A stretch of 63,014 bases of DNA, counting the filler, from Pelomyxa schiedti (taxonomy: Eukaryota > Protista > Evosea), in assembly GCA_020536535.1 (NCBI GenBank). It is 10 parts of 10 records of this genome, joined end to end, with 100 filler letters (N's around TTAATTAATTAA, not from the genome) between each part and the next. Parts side by side here need not be neighbours in the genome. Positions count along the whole stretch, not along the records: positions 1 to 3,762 come from JAHLWZ010001689.1; positions 3,863 to 11,986 come from JAHLWZ010000341.1; positions 12,087 to 17,256 come from JAHLWZ010001518.1; 7 more parts are not named here. The stretch is one strand, 5' to 3'. The notes beneath the pieces are model-generated. The model saw only the letters and a list, made by a program, of their open reading frames with translations, made no database searches and was not told where the DNA came from. This document shows, piece by piece, positions 1-12,239 of this stretch. How positions within the stretch are numbered: the stretch's first letter is position 1; the number at the start of each line of letters is the position of its first letter. A program made the translations under genes and the position numbers.

Positions 1-830
1 GCGGTGATGCTCCAAGGCACACTCGAGGCACATGAGGAGGTTGTCAGTGGCACAGAACCTCTCAAGTGGCCTGTCTGGGTGCAAAACGCACTTTCCTGTG
101 TGTGTGAGATATTGTTTTTTTGTTGTTGTGTAAATGTTGGAGCAGCAAACCTGATTGGGCCGATTTACCATCATGAAGACAGGCACCAACAGACACATCA
201 TCAGCAAAGACATCCCACACGCAGAGAGATGTCACGCGGTGGCACACCCTGCACTCGACGTCCACATCTCCATGACCCCCCCTAGGTTGTTTTGATCGTG
301 ATGACGACGGTGACAAATAGGCGGATGTGCAGAGTGACGCCATGCAACTCCCGCACACTCCGTGTCCGCACTCCTGTTTCCGAAAGGGTCAGTACTCCCA
401 CACGACGACCCTTTTTTTTGTTGGTTTGTTGTTGTTGGCGGTGCGGCTTCGGTGCGTGGCCCACCAATAGGTGCCCCTGAGGGTCATTACAAGCGATTGG
501 GTTGTAACAGACCCAACAACACTTCGTCTGCTCGTTGCGATTCATTGTTTTATCAAAATCACAACAAGTAATCTTCAGTTATGAAGACCTTCTCTTGGAG
601 TGTGCTTCTGTTTAGGGGGTGTTTTGTGAACCCGTTGGGAGTGTCTTTGTGTCGGTTTGGAGAGTGAACACCATCGGCACAAGTCTTGATTCAGGGAAAT
701 CAAGGTGCACCTCAAACAAAGGCTTTTTAAGGCCTTTGAAAATGAGGGGGGTGTTGTTGGATTGACACTCCCAATCGGAGGCGTGGACAACTTTTCATTA
801 CTGTCCGGAAAAAAAAATCTTTCTTTTTTT

Positions 831-2125
831 TCAGGAGTATGAGTGGTGAAGATGGAAGACTGACAATTCTCCTGAAACATCAAGAGAAAAAAGGGAGAAA
901 ACAGGGAGGCCAGAGAGTGCCTCGTAACATTGGAGCGTTCCCAAACCTTCCTTGATGAAAATGAGGCCCGATGACCAGTGGACCACCTTTCCACGCCCAA
1001 CCCACTGCTTCACAAGCTCATTTGTCCCGACCTCATAGAAACAGCACTGCATTGGGTCCACTTTCAACCCATAGTGTGACTCATCAACAGGTGAAACCCC
1101 AGCTCCAGAACCCTCAAGAACTGTGTACTTTCCAGTGACAACATCCTGAATCAGAGTCTGACCTTTGGTTGTCACCCACAGTGCAACGAAAATCCTCCCT
1201 CTTCTGTCAAGCCAGACGCCATCCAGGATGGTTGCATATCTGAGCAGTGGGTCTCTCCTCACACAGAACTCCTTTGCAACCACAATTGACCTGGACTCAA
1301 AGCACTTCCTGATGTCAACGAACCTCACTCTGCAACAAGAGTTCTTGTCACACACAATGCACATCTCATCACAATCGCCAACAATGGCATAAGGCTTCTT
1401 CTCCCCTGAATCTTCATCACCGCAATGGGCCATCATTTTCCCCAGCACACCAGGGGTGAGGGAAATTACCATGCTGAAGCTGCTCTCACCCATCAAAGCG
1501 GTTGTATCCAGGTCAACCCTGTCAGCCAAAACGGGCAGGTCATCGACCAGCTTCCACACGCACATGCCGGTTGGGTACAGTTGAGCCACCAGCCACTTTC
1601 TGTTGTGCACAAGACTCAGCACTTTCCCACCTGGGAGGCCCTTGATTTCCCTGTTCCTGGCAGTGTCAGGTGCGATTTCCATTGTGGTGTCCGTGACTCT
1701 GGAGAGAGAATGAACCGACAGCGTGGCTGTTGAAAAGTCACACCGGAGTTGGACTGTGGGGCTTATCAGGGAGCTCAGCTCTGTCAAAAAACGAGGTGGG
1801 CTGACAAATCCCACGAGGGGGTGCGTCATTCCCAGGCACGCGGAGAATCCCATAACCACGTGGTAGGGGTCCCACACCGCGCCGGTGGAGGCGACGAGCG
1901 CGGCGATGTGGTGAGAAGCCAAGACTGGGCGAACTCGCGGACGAGGGCCGCCGGCAGATCACTCAGCGGGCTTCTCGCCACGCGGCCGCTTTTGGGTGTT
2001 GAGCAACAACAAATCAGGAACGCGAGTGCTTGGTCTCTGGCCATCACTGCCGCTTCACATTTCACCGAGCGAGAAGCATCGTCGACGCACAACAGCGTCG
2101 ACGCTCGCGAATCTTCCATCATCAT
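831..2125 (-). pseudogene. Expanded intronless hypothetical family member (copy F1), frameshifted near 1900
   Basis: N-terminal motif ARDQALAFLICC..R..SP..LVREFAQSW (ORF 1826-2125) continues in another frame into VVMGFSACLG...NRKWLV (ORF 831-1922). The same motifs occur in five other copies in the window. Confidence 0.7.
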
Positions 2126-2459
2126 CGCGACTTCCTTTTGTTCCTTCTAGAAAATTTTGAATTTAACTAAGAAACAACCGCCCGACGGTTGGGGAGGTGC
2201 GGCGCACGACAATTGTCACGATTGTGGGATGTTTCACGGGGGAGGGAGCGTCGACGAGGAGGGGTTTTCTTGGAATAACGGGGGCACACCGATTCGCAGG
2301 GTATCAGTCCCTGGCCGCGGTTCCCTGGTATTGTTTCTATTTCGTTCTAAATCTCTATTCACCCCCTCTGAGAAGTTTAGTTTTTTTTTCATTTGAGTTG
2401 CTCTTCAACTTTGTGTTTTTGTCCCTGTGTGTGATCGGCGCAATTCTTATTTTGTTGAG

Positions 2460-3762
2460 GAGTAGGAATTGGATTTGAGTTGCCAGGAGTTGCTCATTGA
2501 CGTGGTGGCTGGCTCCGGAAATGACAACCAGACTCTGTCAGGGGCTCCTTCTATGTTTACTCTGAGGGATGGTGTTTTACCTGCTGCACTTCTTGCGAAC
2601 AAGGCAAAGCAATTCGATGATGGCCTTTGTGCCGCTGGTATGGTCTTCTTTTTTGAAGTTCGCATGCTTATACCTTACAATGATTGTTCATTGGGTATGA
2701 CAGTGGAACTTATGGCACAGCACGGAACCGCTTCATTCCTTGGGAAAAGGAAGTTTCTAACTCTTTTGAATGAAGCTCTTGAACGGCAAGGTAGTATTTA
2801 ATCTAAAAAATGTCTTGGCCACCAACACTACTAATGTTTTTTTTTATTTTGGGTCTTTGGGAATCACCACTTACCGTTCAATATCAATACAGGAAATCCA
2901 GTTCCTCTGATAATCGCTGCTGCAGAACTTGGAGAAGGAACCCATAAAGACCTTAAGCCACGGGGTCTTGTGGAAAACGCAACAAAGAAGATAAAGGTAT
3001 TATAATATGTGTTGATGGCATTTGCCACAACCACCGCATAATGTCCGTTCTGTTGCTAACGGCAGTGGGCCAGCGTGAATTCCTCAGCCAGAGCATCTCA
3101 AAACCTCTCTCGTTTTACACCTGGAACCAGGTGCTGACAGCGGTCTTTCAGCAGGACACCCTCCTCCACACCCCAATTGGGCCCCCAACTTCCAATCAGG
3201 TCCGAAATGCCGTGACTGCAGATCCAAGGGTACAACCAACGTACATACTTGGATTAATGTTCACGTTCTGTAGTTGAGCGAATTTTACACCAAATACCTC
3301 AATTTTGTATCAAAGTTCACGGGATCATTTGCAAAGCCAGGCCTTTTTGTGAGTACTACTCTCACAGTCAGCATCTTTTTCTTCTTTTTTTATTTTCTCT
3401 GGGAGATTTATTTTTGCGCCGCAGGGTGGAGCAGCTGACTCCTGTGTTTTGCCACCATCAATCTCTCCTGAAGGGAACTTTATGAAGAAATTGCACCCAG
3501 ATGGACCGATTTCTAAGTCATTCAATCTCATGGATGCCATTGTGGAAGGAGTAAAATCTGGAAGTCTTTCCCTTGCCCCAACCGGGGAATCTGGATGGTT
3601 TGCTTCTTTTTTTTTCACGTTTAACATATCTATTTCCATTTACGCTCTCAGTCAGGTATGAGCACTGCATTTGGGCCCTTGAATGCCTCCTTTCTCCAGA
3701 GAAAAACGCTGAAGCACTGAAGATTCACATGTCCGAAGAATACAAAAGTGAGCTCGCCAATC
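2460..3762 (+). CDS. Intron-containing hypothetical protein (partial, runs into spacer); possibly a DUF3160-like bacterial-type family
   Basis: Exon peptides KAKQFDDGLCAA|VELMAQHG, FLSQSISKPLSFYTW..VFQQD, SGSLSLAPTGESGW, QVxALECLLSPE separated by short GT-AG introns. The family assignment is from recollection only, and one junction near 3000-3065 is unresolved. Confidence 0.5.
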
Positions 3763-3862
3763 NNNNNNNNNNNNNNNNNNNNNNNNNNNNNNNNNNNNNN
3801 NNNNNNTTAATTAATTAANNNNNNNNNNNNNNNNNNNNNNNNNNNNNNNNNNNNNNNNNNNN
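3763..3862. other. Artificial contig spacer N44-TTAATTAATTAA-N44 (also at 11987, 17257, 22083, 25814, 29179, 31678, 54544, 61496)
   Basis: Six-frame stop linker embedded in N runs. Confidence 0.98.
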
Positions 3863-4851
3863 CAGATTCTATGTGGTTCAAAACCTGCAGTATATATAGA
3901 GACTCTCCACCAAGCACTGACCATTGGCCCGTTGTTTTCACCGGCGTTGTTGCTTCTCCATTATCTTAACTCTTCTTCTGCCATGGGCATAGTACACTAT
4001 AAGTACGTGTTGAAAGATATTTGGTTCAACAAATCAGGGTTCATGGCAGAGTGGGAAGACCTCATGGCAACGGTAATCAAGGCCGCGTTGTCACCTTCAA
4101 TCCACCAACCATGGGCATACTTGTATTTTGTTGGTTTGTGGAGGACATTCTGTTCAGACCAAGGTGCTGGAGCAGCCCAAATGTGGGATGGACTATGTGC
4201 ACAAAAGGGTGCCACACTAGTAACCGATGTGGGAACAGTCAACTGGTGGGCTTCATCTTTATCAATTCTGGGACTATGTTACGATTGTGGATTTGGTGGG
4301 GTTCGTCAGGACATCAAAAAAGCAGTGTCACTTTACAAGATGGCTGGGCACTGTATAACCTTGGATCCTGTTACGAATGTGGCAGGGGGGTGGATCAGGA
4401 CTTTGGGCAGGCAGTGACACTTTACCAGAGGGCTGCTGATGCCGGTAATGCCGCGGCAATATGCAAAATTGGGTGCTGCTATCAAGAGGGCACTGGTGTT
4501 GATAGGGATATCAGCAAGGCAGTGGCACTTTACCAAAGGGCTGCTGATGCTGGTATGGCCACAGCAATGTGCAACCTTGGAGTGTGCTATGAAACTGGCA
4601 ATGGAATTTACAGTGATTCGTCCATGGCAGCAGCGCTTTACCATAGAGCTGCTGATGCTGGCAATCCCTTGGCCAGGAGCCACCTTTCTGAGAGTTTTAG
4701 TCTGAACCAACGAGAACACACAGATGAGTTGACGCTCTACCAACAACCCTCTGACCGTGAAGGAACGGCATTCCCCTTTTCTCGTCTGTTGTTTCCACCC
4801 CCTTTCATTCCCCGGCCGGAATCTCCCCGTTGGGTCACAAATCAGTCATAA
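3863..4851 (+). pseudogene. Sel1-repeat protein, copy 1 (5' partial, frameshift ~4345)
   Basis: Repeats ALYNLGSCYECGRGVDQDFGQAVTLYQRAADAG. The upstream frame (LGLCYDCGFGGVRQDIKKAVSLYKMAG) switches frame before ALYNLG. Confidence 0.8.
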
Positions 4852-5335
4852 TCATAATAAGGCAAGGACACACCAACTCAGTGTGATTGTAGATAATATG
4901 GTTGAAAAAATAGTATGGAGTTTTTTTTTTTTAATTCTCCCACGGTTTGGACTGTTTTCATTGAGATAACCACAAGGTTGTGCCTACTTATTAAACCAAG
5001 AAGTACAGAAGAGAACGAGGCGGTGCTAAAAGAACAAACACATACAACAATTAATTTTGTTTCAATTTGGATATTTAATTTGGGATTGAGAGCACCCCGA
5101 TTTGTGGGACTGTAATATCTTTTTGGCACGGAGACAAGACCCATAAGAAAGGCCACTCTACAATTGGGTGTGTCTCCCATTGCAAAAAAATGTTCAACGC
5201 TCCTCCGCATCTAAAACCAACTTTTCCTGAGGAAAGACTGAGAAAAAGTTGGTTTTGATCACGGAGGAGGGTTGTTACCCTCCCTTGAAGTTACCCAAAA
5301 AACTTTTTCACAATTAGGGCACGGGCAAAATTGTT

Positions 5336-5743
5336 CATGGGAGCGTTGTGTAGCCTCTTCTTGTGCGGCGGTTTTTCCATATTGAAACAGCCACAATAGC
5401 CACAACTGAAGCTACAAGTACAATACCAATGGAGATCAATTCCAGGTTCAACTGTGGCTCTGGGGAAACTGTTGTGTGTTGGTACTAGCTGTGGTCAGGC
5501 ACTACGCACCATATCGGATTTGGAGTGCACTCTCTGCCCAATCATTCCCACCATTTAGTGATAAATAGAAGGCCTCCCCGTGTGGTAGTGCAGAGGTCGG
5601 AACTGGGCAAGAAACTTCTGTGGTGCTTTGGAAAGAGCACACCACTGGCTGGAAGACGGATTGATATTTGTACATCCCTGTGCACAATTGTCAGCTGTCA
5701 ACCAACGGCAAACCATTGAAGTGAGGAATACCGATAATCTTGG
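5336..5743 (-). repeat. Near-identical duplicate of the M4 peptidase 3' end (IPT + TM exons), next to a scaffold gap
   Basis: 5280-5743 matches 7217-7683 with few SNPs. Confidence 0.85.
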
Positions 5744-5843
5744 NNNNNNNNNNNNNNNNNNNNNNNNNNNNNNNNNNNNNNNNNNNNNNNNNNNNNNNNN
5801 NNNNNNNNNNNNNNNNNNNNNNNNNNNNNNNNNNNNNNNNNNN

Positions 5844-6461
5844 GTGACACTTTACCAGAGGGCTGCTGATGCCGGTAATGCCGCGGCAATATGCAAAATT
5901 GGGTGCTGCTATCAAGAGGGCACTGGTGTTGATAGGGATATCAGCAAGGCAGTGGCACTTTACCGAAGGGCTGCTGATGCTGGTATGGCCACAGCAATGT
6001 GCAACCTTGGAGTGTGCTATGAAACTGGCAATGGAATTTACAGTGACTCGTACATGGCAGCAGCGCTTTACCAAAGGGCTGCTGATGCTGGTGATGCCGT
6101 TGCAATGTGCAACCTTGGTTGGTGTTACGAAAATGGTACTGGTATTGAAACGAATGTCAACCAGGCAGGGTCACTTTACCAGAGGGCTGTGGATGCCGGG
6201 AGCACCAGGGCAATGTGCAACCTTGGTCTGTGTTACATAAACTTCCCTTCTGGCAGGCACCCTATGATCGAGGGAGTGCTCCTTCTCGAGAGGGCTGTGG
6301 ACGCAGGTTATACAGATGCTCTGTTTCATCTTGCCCAGTGCTACTACAATGGGACTGGTGTTTCTCAGGATCGCATGAAGGCAGAGAAACTTTACCGGCA
6401 AGCTGCTGATGCTGGCGATCCAAGGGCAATGTGCTCTCTTGCGTCGTGCTATCACTCTTAG
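5844..6461 (+). CDS. Sel1-repeat protein, copy 2 (5' lost in gap)
   Basis: About six Sel1 repeats (AMCNLGxCYExGxGV...LYQRAADAG). 5844-6090 is nearly identical to 4414-4660. Confidence 0.9.
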   Translation: MTLYQRAADAGNAAAICKIGCCYQEGTGVDRDISKAVALYRRAADAGMATAMCNLGVCYETGNGIYSDSYMAAALYQRAADAGDAVAMCNLGWCYENGTGIETNVNQAGSLYQRAVDAGSTRAMCNLGLCYINFPSGRHPMIEGVLLLERAVDAGYTDALFHLAQCYYNGTGVSQDRMKAEKLYRQAADAGDPRAMCSLASCYHS

Positions 6462-7271
6462 CACGCCATAGATGTCGGAAAGCGGCTTGGCTAATATATG
6501 TCTGTTTTGGGTTAATAAAATGTAAAACGTGGCGTAGGTGTCATACTGGTTGTACAAATACAAGTGCTTCGGCAAACCAAGAAGTACAGAGAACGAAGCG
6601 GTGCAAAACGAACAAACAACAACAACAACAAGAAAAAAAAGAACACCATCGGCTCCGCAAACACGAGATATGCAAGGTGGGAAATACAATAGAACTCGTC
6701 TCGCGAAACACACGGCGTCGTGCTAGGGCCACCCGCATCCGCCTCTACGTACACACACTGTTTGGTTCACTCCTCAGAAGGACCCGCAGGATCTTCCCCA
6801 ATCTTGGTTTTTTCCATGTTTGGCACAATCGAAAGGATGTGCCCGCGGATCTTCGGTAACACCGCTGCGGTTTCTTCTGTCTGTCCCTTCACTGTGTTTT
6901 TTTTATATTCCCGCAAGTAACTTTGGTTTGTTGTTGGTTGTGTGCGTTTATACAACACAAACCCAGAATACGTGGCTAGCGATTCGATTGCAGCAGAATG
7001 GAAAGCTTGACAAGATAGGAGGTATCTGATGTAATGCAAGTTCCATCGTCGCGGATGCCCAACTTGGGACTTCATGCAGGAACTAGTTTAAAAATCCCAC
7101 AAGCTCGCCACAGAAGTGTACGGCAGCACACAATTTTGTTTCATTCTCCAATTTGGGACCCTGAGAAGCACTCCCATTTGAAACTACAACTGGGGACCTG
7201 TCTCCAAAACATTTACCTCCCTTGAAGCTAACCAAAAAAAAACTTTTTCACAATTAGGACACGGCAAAATT

Positions 7272-10200
7272 TCATGGGAGCGTTGTGTAGCCTCTTCTTG
7301 TGCGGTGGTCTTTCCATATTGAGACAGCCAGAATAGCCACAACTGAAGCTACAAGTACAATACCAATGGAGATCAATTCCAGGTTCAACTGTGGCTCTGG
7401 GGAAACTGTTGTGTGTTGGTATTAGCTGTGGTCAGTTACTACACACCATATCGGATTTGGAGTGCACTCTCTGCCCAATCATTCCCACCATTTAGTGATA
7501 AATAGAAGGCCTCCCTGTGTGGTAGTGCAGAGGTCGGAACTGGGCAAGAAACTTCTGTAGTGCTTTGGAAAGAGCACACCACTGGCTGGAAGACGGATTG
7601 ATATTTGTACATCCCTGTGCACAATTGTCAGCTGTCAACCAACGGCAAACCATTGAAGTGAGGAATACCGATAATCTTGGAAGAAGACTGGGTTCCCAAC
7701 TGCTTAAAATGTTCCCCAAAAACTCGAATCATAGTGTTCGTAGCCTTGGTTGGGATGCGGTAAGGCTCAACGCGTTTTAGCACAAATGGCTCTGTCGGAG
7801 GTGAGAATCGATTGGTCATGGAGGTGCCTCATACCAAAGAGAGTTACAGTGCGCTTACGATTTTTTGGGTACATAGTTTCTCCAGAACTTGATCGGGAAA
7901 ATACAGAGAACGTGAAGCTTCCTTGGGTAGACTGAACAGAGGCTTTTTGAGATCGAGGTTAAATTCCCCACACTGGACAATTAGTTGTACCTGGAATTTG
8001 ATAGAAAAAGTGTGAAACCCAGTGGTAACGATGAATCTCGTACGCAGCAAAAACCATCCCATTGTCTAGCTATAAACCATTACTTAATTCAAGGAAGAAA
8101 ATGCGGTGAGTGGAGACAGACCTCTAAATGGGCAGAATGATTTCTGGGGAAGCCTGTAGCTGAAACCTAGGTAATAAGTTAGCATTAGCAATTAACCGTT
8201 CATACATGTATGTTGAGACTTTCAGCTTGGGGTACATGTTCACTTGAGTGCAAAATCTCGAAGTCTGTACCTGCCCTTGAAACATCAGACAAGGAACAAC
8301 GTATTCCATCATACAAAATGAACTATCCAGACCAAGAGCAGAAATTAGTGATCCTATTTAATGATGTTTCTTACTTTCTTGAATAAACAACAGATTAGAA
8401 AACATCAAATAGAACACACTAAGTTGATTGCAGTCAGCACGTTCCACATACAGAGCTGACTTCATATCACCATAGTTTTTAAGGGGTATATGCGCTTCAG
8501 CTAGGGTCGAGCAAGCATAAGTCAAGTAGGCTGAATATGAAGCAAAATCACTATATGCAGATCCGAACTCCGTTTTTGCCAGCCAGTGAATATGCCATGC
8601 CTTGGAGTTATCATCAAATTCTTTAGTGATTCAATATCCTTTCACCTTCAGCAATCCTATTCCCGTCAGGTTTAGATTGGACACTATTCCTCCATCGGCC
8701 AGGAGTGCATACAGACTCGATGGAACACCTTGGGGAACAATATCACTTTTTGGAATTATGGCTGGGGAGCATGCCCGAGTTGTAATGCACCATCCCAGAA
8801 TCCTCATTAGCGCATTTACACATTCTGGTATGGGCAGCATCGTTCGTACAATTAGGAGCATACATATCCCGGATTCCCTCTAAAGTCTTCTGAGAAAACA
8901 TCCAAAGTGGGAGTTTCTACTCTTATAAGGCTTCCAAGTACACAAATCGCCAATAATCCATCTCGTAGATTTGTCAGAGCAATCCCTGTGCGGGTCACGG
9001 GGTTCTGGCCCTTGGGAACGAACTTAAAAAAGAAGAAAAAGTGATCTCATACTTGGGTACACCAACTGAGTTATGGTTTCCGCAATAATGTCCGAAAAGG
9101 CTTCGTTCAGGGCGCCCGTTTCATAGGCATCACTCAGCTCATTTGTTACACTGGTGACACCATGACCCATTTCATGTAAAATAACTGGTGTAATGAATGG
9201 GCAACTGAATAAGAAACAAGAAACAAAATACCATCTGCGCAAGTTGTGCTTGGACAGAAGATGAAAGATCCAAGAGCAGGAGAAAACGCAGCATTTGGGC
9301 ACATCAGGAAACTCTCCTTCATAAACCTGGCCGTAATGGGAGAATCTAAAAAAGAAAACAAACCACTGTTAAATAGAAGCTTAAACTTAGAAAATTCATG
9401 CCACGACTGTCCCAGGATTTCCAGTTGTGCATGGAAAACATAAAATTGTAGAACACCTCAGATGTGTTCATGAAGGACATCATGACTGGGTCATCCAAAG
9501 GCAATTTGTTGCCCTCTCCCCAGTCAGAGATTAAGGAAAAGTCATGGTAAACTTTCCTGAAATCAGATTAAAAAAAAGTCTTGGGATCAGGGCTATACCG
9601 TCTCATTGCAGAAGGAGATTCTGAGTAATGAGTGCAACGGCCCGTATCAGCATCGATTATCGAAAAACTAGTTCATGGAGTCACAATATCGTGGAAGTAG
9701 GGTAGTGTGGTACTTACGTCTGCAAGAAAACCGATTCGACTTCACATGTAACAACCCACGCGAGGTGTGTTGTGCCACTATTACTTAAGATTGCGAGATG
9801 GGTGTCAGTGACCTGTATATCTAGAGTCCATTGTCAGAGTCAAAGTACAGTTCGAGCCACACACCTCTACTCATGCCACTATTAGCTGCCAGAGTACCAA
9901 GGTGACTAAAGGTCTGGAAAACAGCCTCCCTCCTTGCATCTTCTATGGAGATGTCCGGATCTGTTGTCTTCGTAGACGCGGACCTACAGAAGCTTTAGAC
10001 AGTAACGGGATCGACAGTGACATACAATGGAAAGAGACTGCCAGAAGCTCTGACAATGGCAAGGTCTCTATCAAATTCTACTTTTAAGTGGGAACCTGCA
10101 GAAAAAAAGTGAGGCAAAACACATAAGAAACGGTAATTACCTAGTACAGGGATATTGTGGTAGTACTGTTCAAGCACGTGTATTTTTCTCCCCGTGTAAC

Positions 10201-10609
10201 CTGAAACCATGGTGCCCATATGAACCAGCTCAGATGCAACAACGCCGTATCCGTACCGATTCAGAAATCTCCAAAAAAAAAGTAAGTGAACGATCAAGCC
10301 AAAAAGCCTGACATATTCAGGGGATTTCACACACGAGTCAAGCACTTCAAGTTCACGATGGAATGGATTCTTTGGGTCAAGCCCAAGCGCTTGAATCACA
10401 GACAACAGCGTCCCGCCAACCAAAGCCGTAACTCCGCTGCTCCTTAATACGTGCGATGGTGATTCCGGCACGAAAAACGGCGTCCGTGGACTCACCAGTA
10501 TAGGCACACCCGTAGTGGGCGACACCACAATGAGATCTTGATCTCTTCCCCCCTCCGGCAAACACGACACCGCAACGACCCACACCCACAAGATCCAGAT
10601 CCCTGGCAT
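7272..10609 (-). CDS. Thermolysin-family (M4) zinc metallopeptidase: signal peptide, FTP/PepSY-like propeptide, catalytic domain, IPT/TIG domain, C-terminal TM helix
   Basis: Signal MPGIWILWVWVVAVSC; propeptide EQYYHNIPVLG..LKVEFD and ISIEDARREA; VILHEMGHGVT; GALNEAFSD; DSGMVHYNSG|VPSSLYALLADGG; IPT KRVEPYRIPTKATNTMIRVFGEHF...CPVP...LSLNGGNDW; TM LISIGIVLVASVVAILAVSIW followed by KDHRTRRGYTTLP*. Confidence 0.85.
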
Positions 10610-10926
10610 CCCACCAGCACGTCTTAAATTGTGATCAAAAAAAAAAAAGTTTCCGAACAAACACCAATTTGGAAAAAACCAATTCACCCATAATGGGCCA
10701 GCCGGGGGTTTCCATAAATTTGGGGGTTATAATTTGCATCACCTGTTCTGGTTTCACATTCTTTTCTTTTTTTTTTGCAAGTCACATCTCATAGGTTTTC
10801 ACAGACAAATGGGAACACACATCAGCNNNNNNNNNNNNNNNNNNNNNNNNNNNNNNNNNNNNNNNNNNNNNNNNNNNNNNNNNNNNNNNNNNNNNNNNNN
10901 NNNNNNNNNNNNNNNNNNNNNNNNNN

Positions 10927-11986
10927 CTCAGATGTGTTCATGAAGGACATCATGACTGGGTCATCCAAAGGCAATTTGTTGCCCTCTCCCCAGTCAGAGA
11001 TTAAGGAAAAGTCATGGTAAACTTTCCTGAAATCAGATTAAAAAAAAAGTCTTGGGACCAGAGAGGGCTATACCGTCTCATTGCAGAAGGAGATTCTGAG
11101 TAATGAGTGCAACGGCCCGTATCAGCATCGATTATCGAAAAACTAGTTCATGGAGTCACAATATCGTAGAAGTAGGGTAGTGTGGTACTTACGTCTGCAA
11201 GAAAACTGATTCTACTTCACATGTAACAACCCACGCGAGGTGTGTTGTGCCACTATTACTTAAGATTGCGAGATGGGTGTCAGTGACCTGTATATCTAGA
11301 GTCCATTGTCAAAGACAAAGTACAGTTCGAGCCACGCACCTCTACTCATGCCACTATTAGCTGCCAAAGTACCAAGGTGACTAAAGGTCTGGAAAACAGC
11401 CTCCCTCCTTGCATCTTCTATGGAGATGTCCGGATCTGTTGTCTTCGTAGACGCGGACCTACAGAAGCTTTAGACAGGAACGTGATCGACAGTGACATAC
11501 AATGGAAAGAGACTGCCAGAAGCTCTGACAATGGAAAGGTCTCTATCAAATTCTACTTTTAAGTGGGAACCTGCATAAAAAAAGTGAGGCAAAACACAGA
11601 AGAAACAGTAATTACCTAGTACAGGTATATTGTGGTAGTACTGTTCAAGCACGTGTATTTTTCTCCCCGTGTAACCTGAAACCATGGTGCCCATATGAAC
11701 TAGCTCAGATGCAACAACGCCGTATCCGTACCGATTCAGAAATCTCCAAAAAAAAGTAAGTGAACGATCAAGCCAAAAAGCCTGACATCTTCAGGGGATT
11801 TCACACACGAGTCAAGCACTTCAAGTTCACGATGGAATGGATTCTTTGGGTCAAGCCCAAGCGCATGAATCACAGACAACAGCGTCCCGCCAACCAAAGC
11901 CGTAACTCCGCTGCTCCTTAATACGTGCGATGGTGATTCCGGCACGAAAAACGGCGTCCGTGGACTCACCAGTATAGGCACACCCG
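10927..11986 (-). repeat. Second near-identical copy of the 5' part of the M4 peptidase gene (allele or tandem duplicate)
   Basis: 10927-11986 matches 9457-10512 with scattered SNPs and small indels; it starts at a 100-N gap. Confidence 0.85.
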
Positions 11987-12086
11987 NNNNNNNNNNNNNN
12001 NNNNNNNNNNNNNNNNNNNNNNNNNNNNNNTTAATTAATTAANNNNNNNNNNNNNNNNNNNNNNNNNNNNNNNNNNNNNNNNNNNN

Positions 12087-12239
12087 GTGCCCACACCCAC
12101 ACGCAACGTGAAGCATTGTACCGCCACCACGGGTGATGGGCGTATTGATGTCCCAAGTGGGCGACGGCAACTGGGGCATGTCGCCCCGCTCACACACATC
12201 ACGCATGGCCTGGTACTGATCGTGTGACAGTGTTTTCAT
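12087..12239 (-). CDS. Ankyrin-repeat protein, 5' fragment
   Basis: WDINTPITRGGGTMLHVACGCGH fits the ankyrin consensus; truncated by a spacer. Confidence 0.65.

Noticed and set aside
3807-3818. Recurring TTAATTAATTAA palindrome
   Set aside because: Artificial six-frame-stop linker inside N runs; neighbours across it are not syntenic.
9995-9997. In-frame TAA in the M4 gene suggesting stop-codon reassignment
   Set aside because: It lies in a 42-nt GTATGT...CTGTAG intron; TAA, TAG and TGA all terminate genes here.
9457-11986. M4 peptidase as a true tandem gene array
   Set aside because: Duplicates start exactly at scaffold gaps and differ only by SNPs, so uncollapsed haplotypes are at least as likely.
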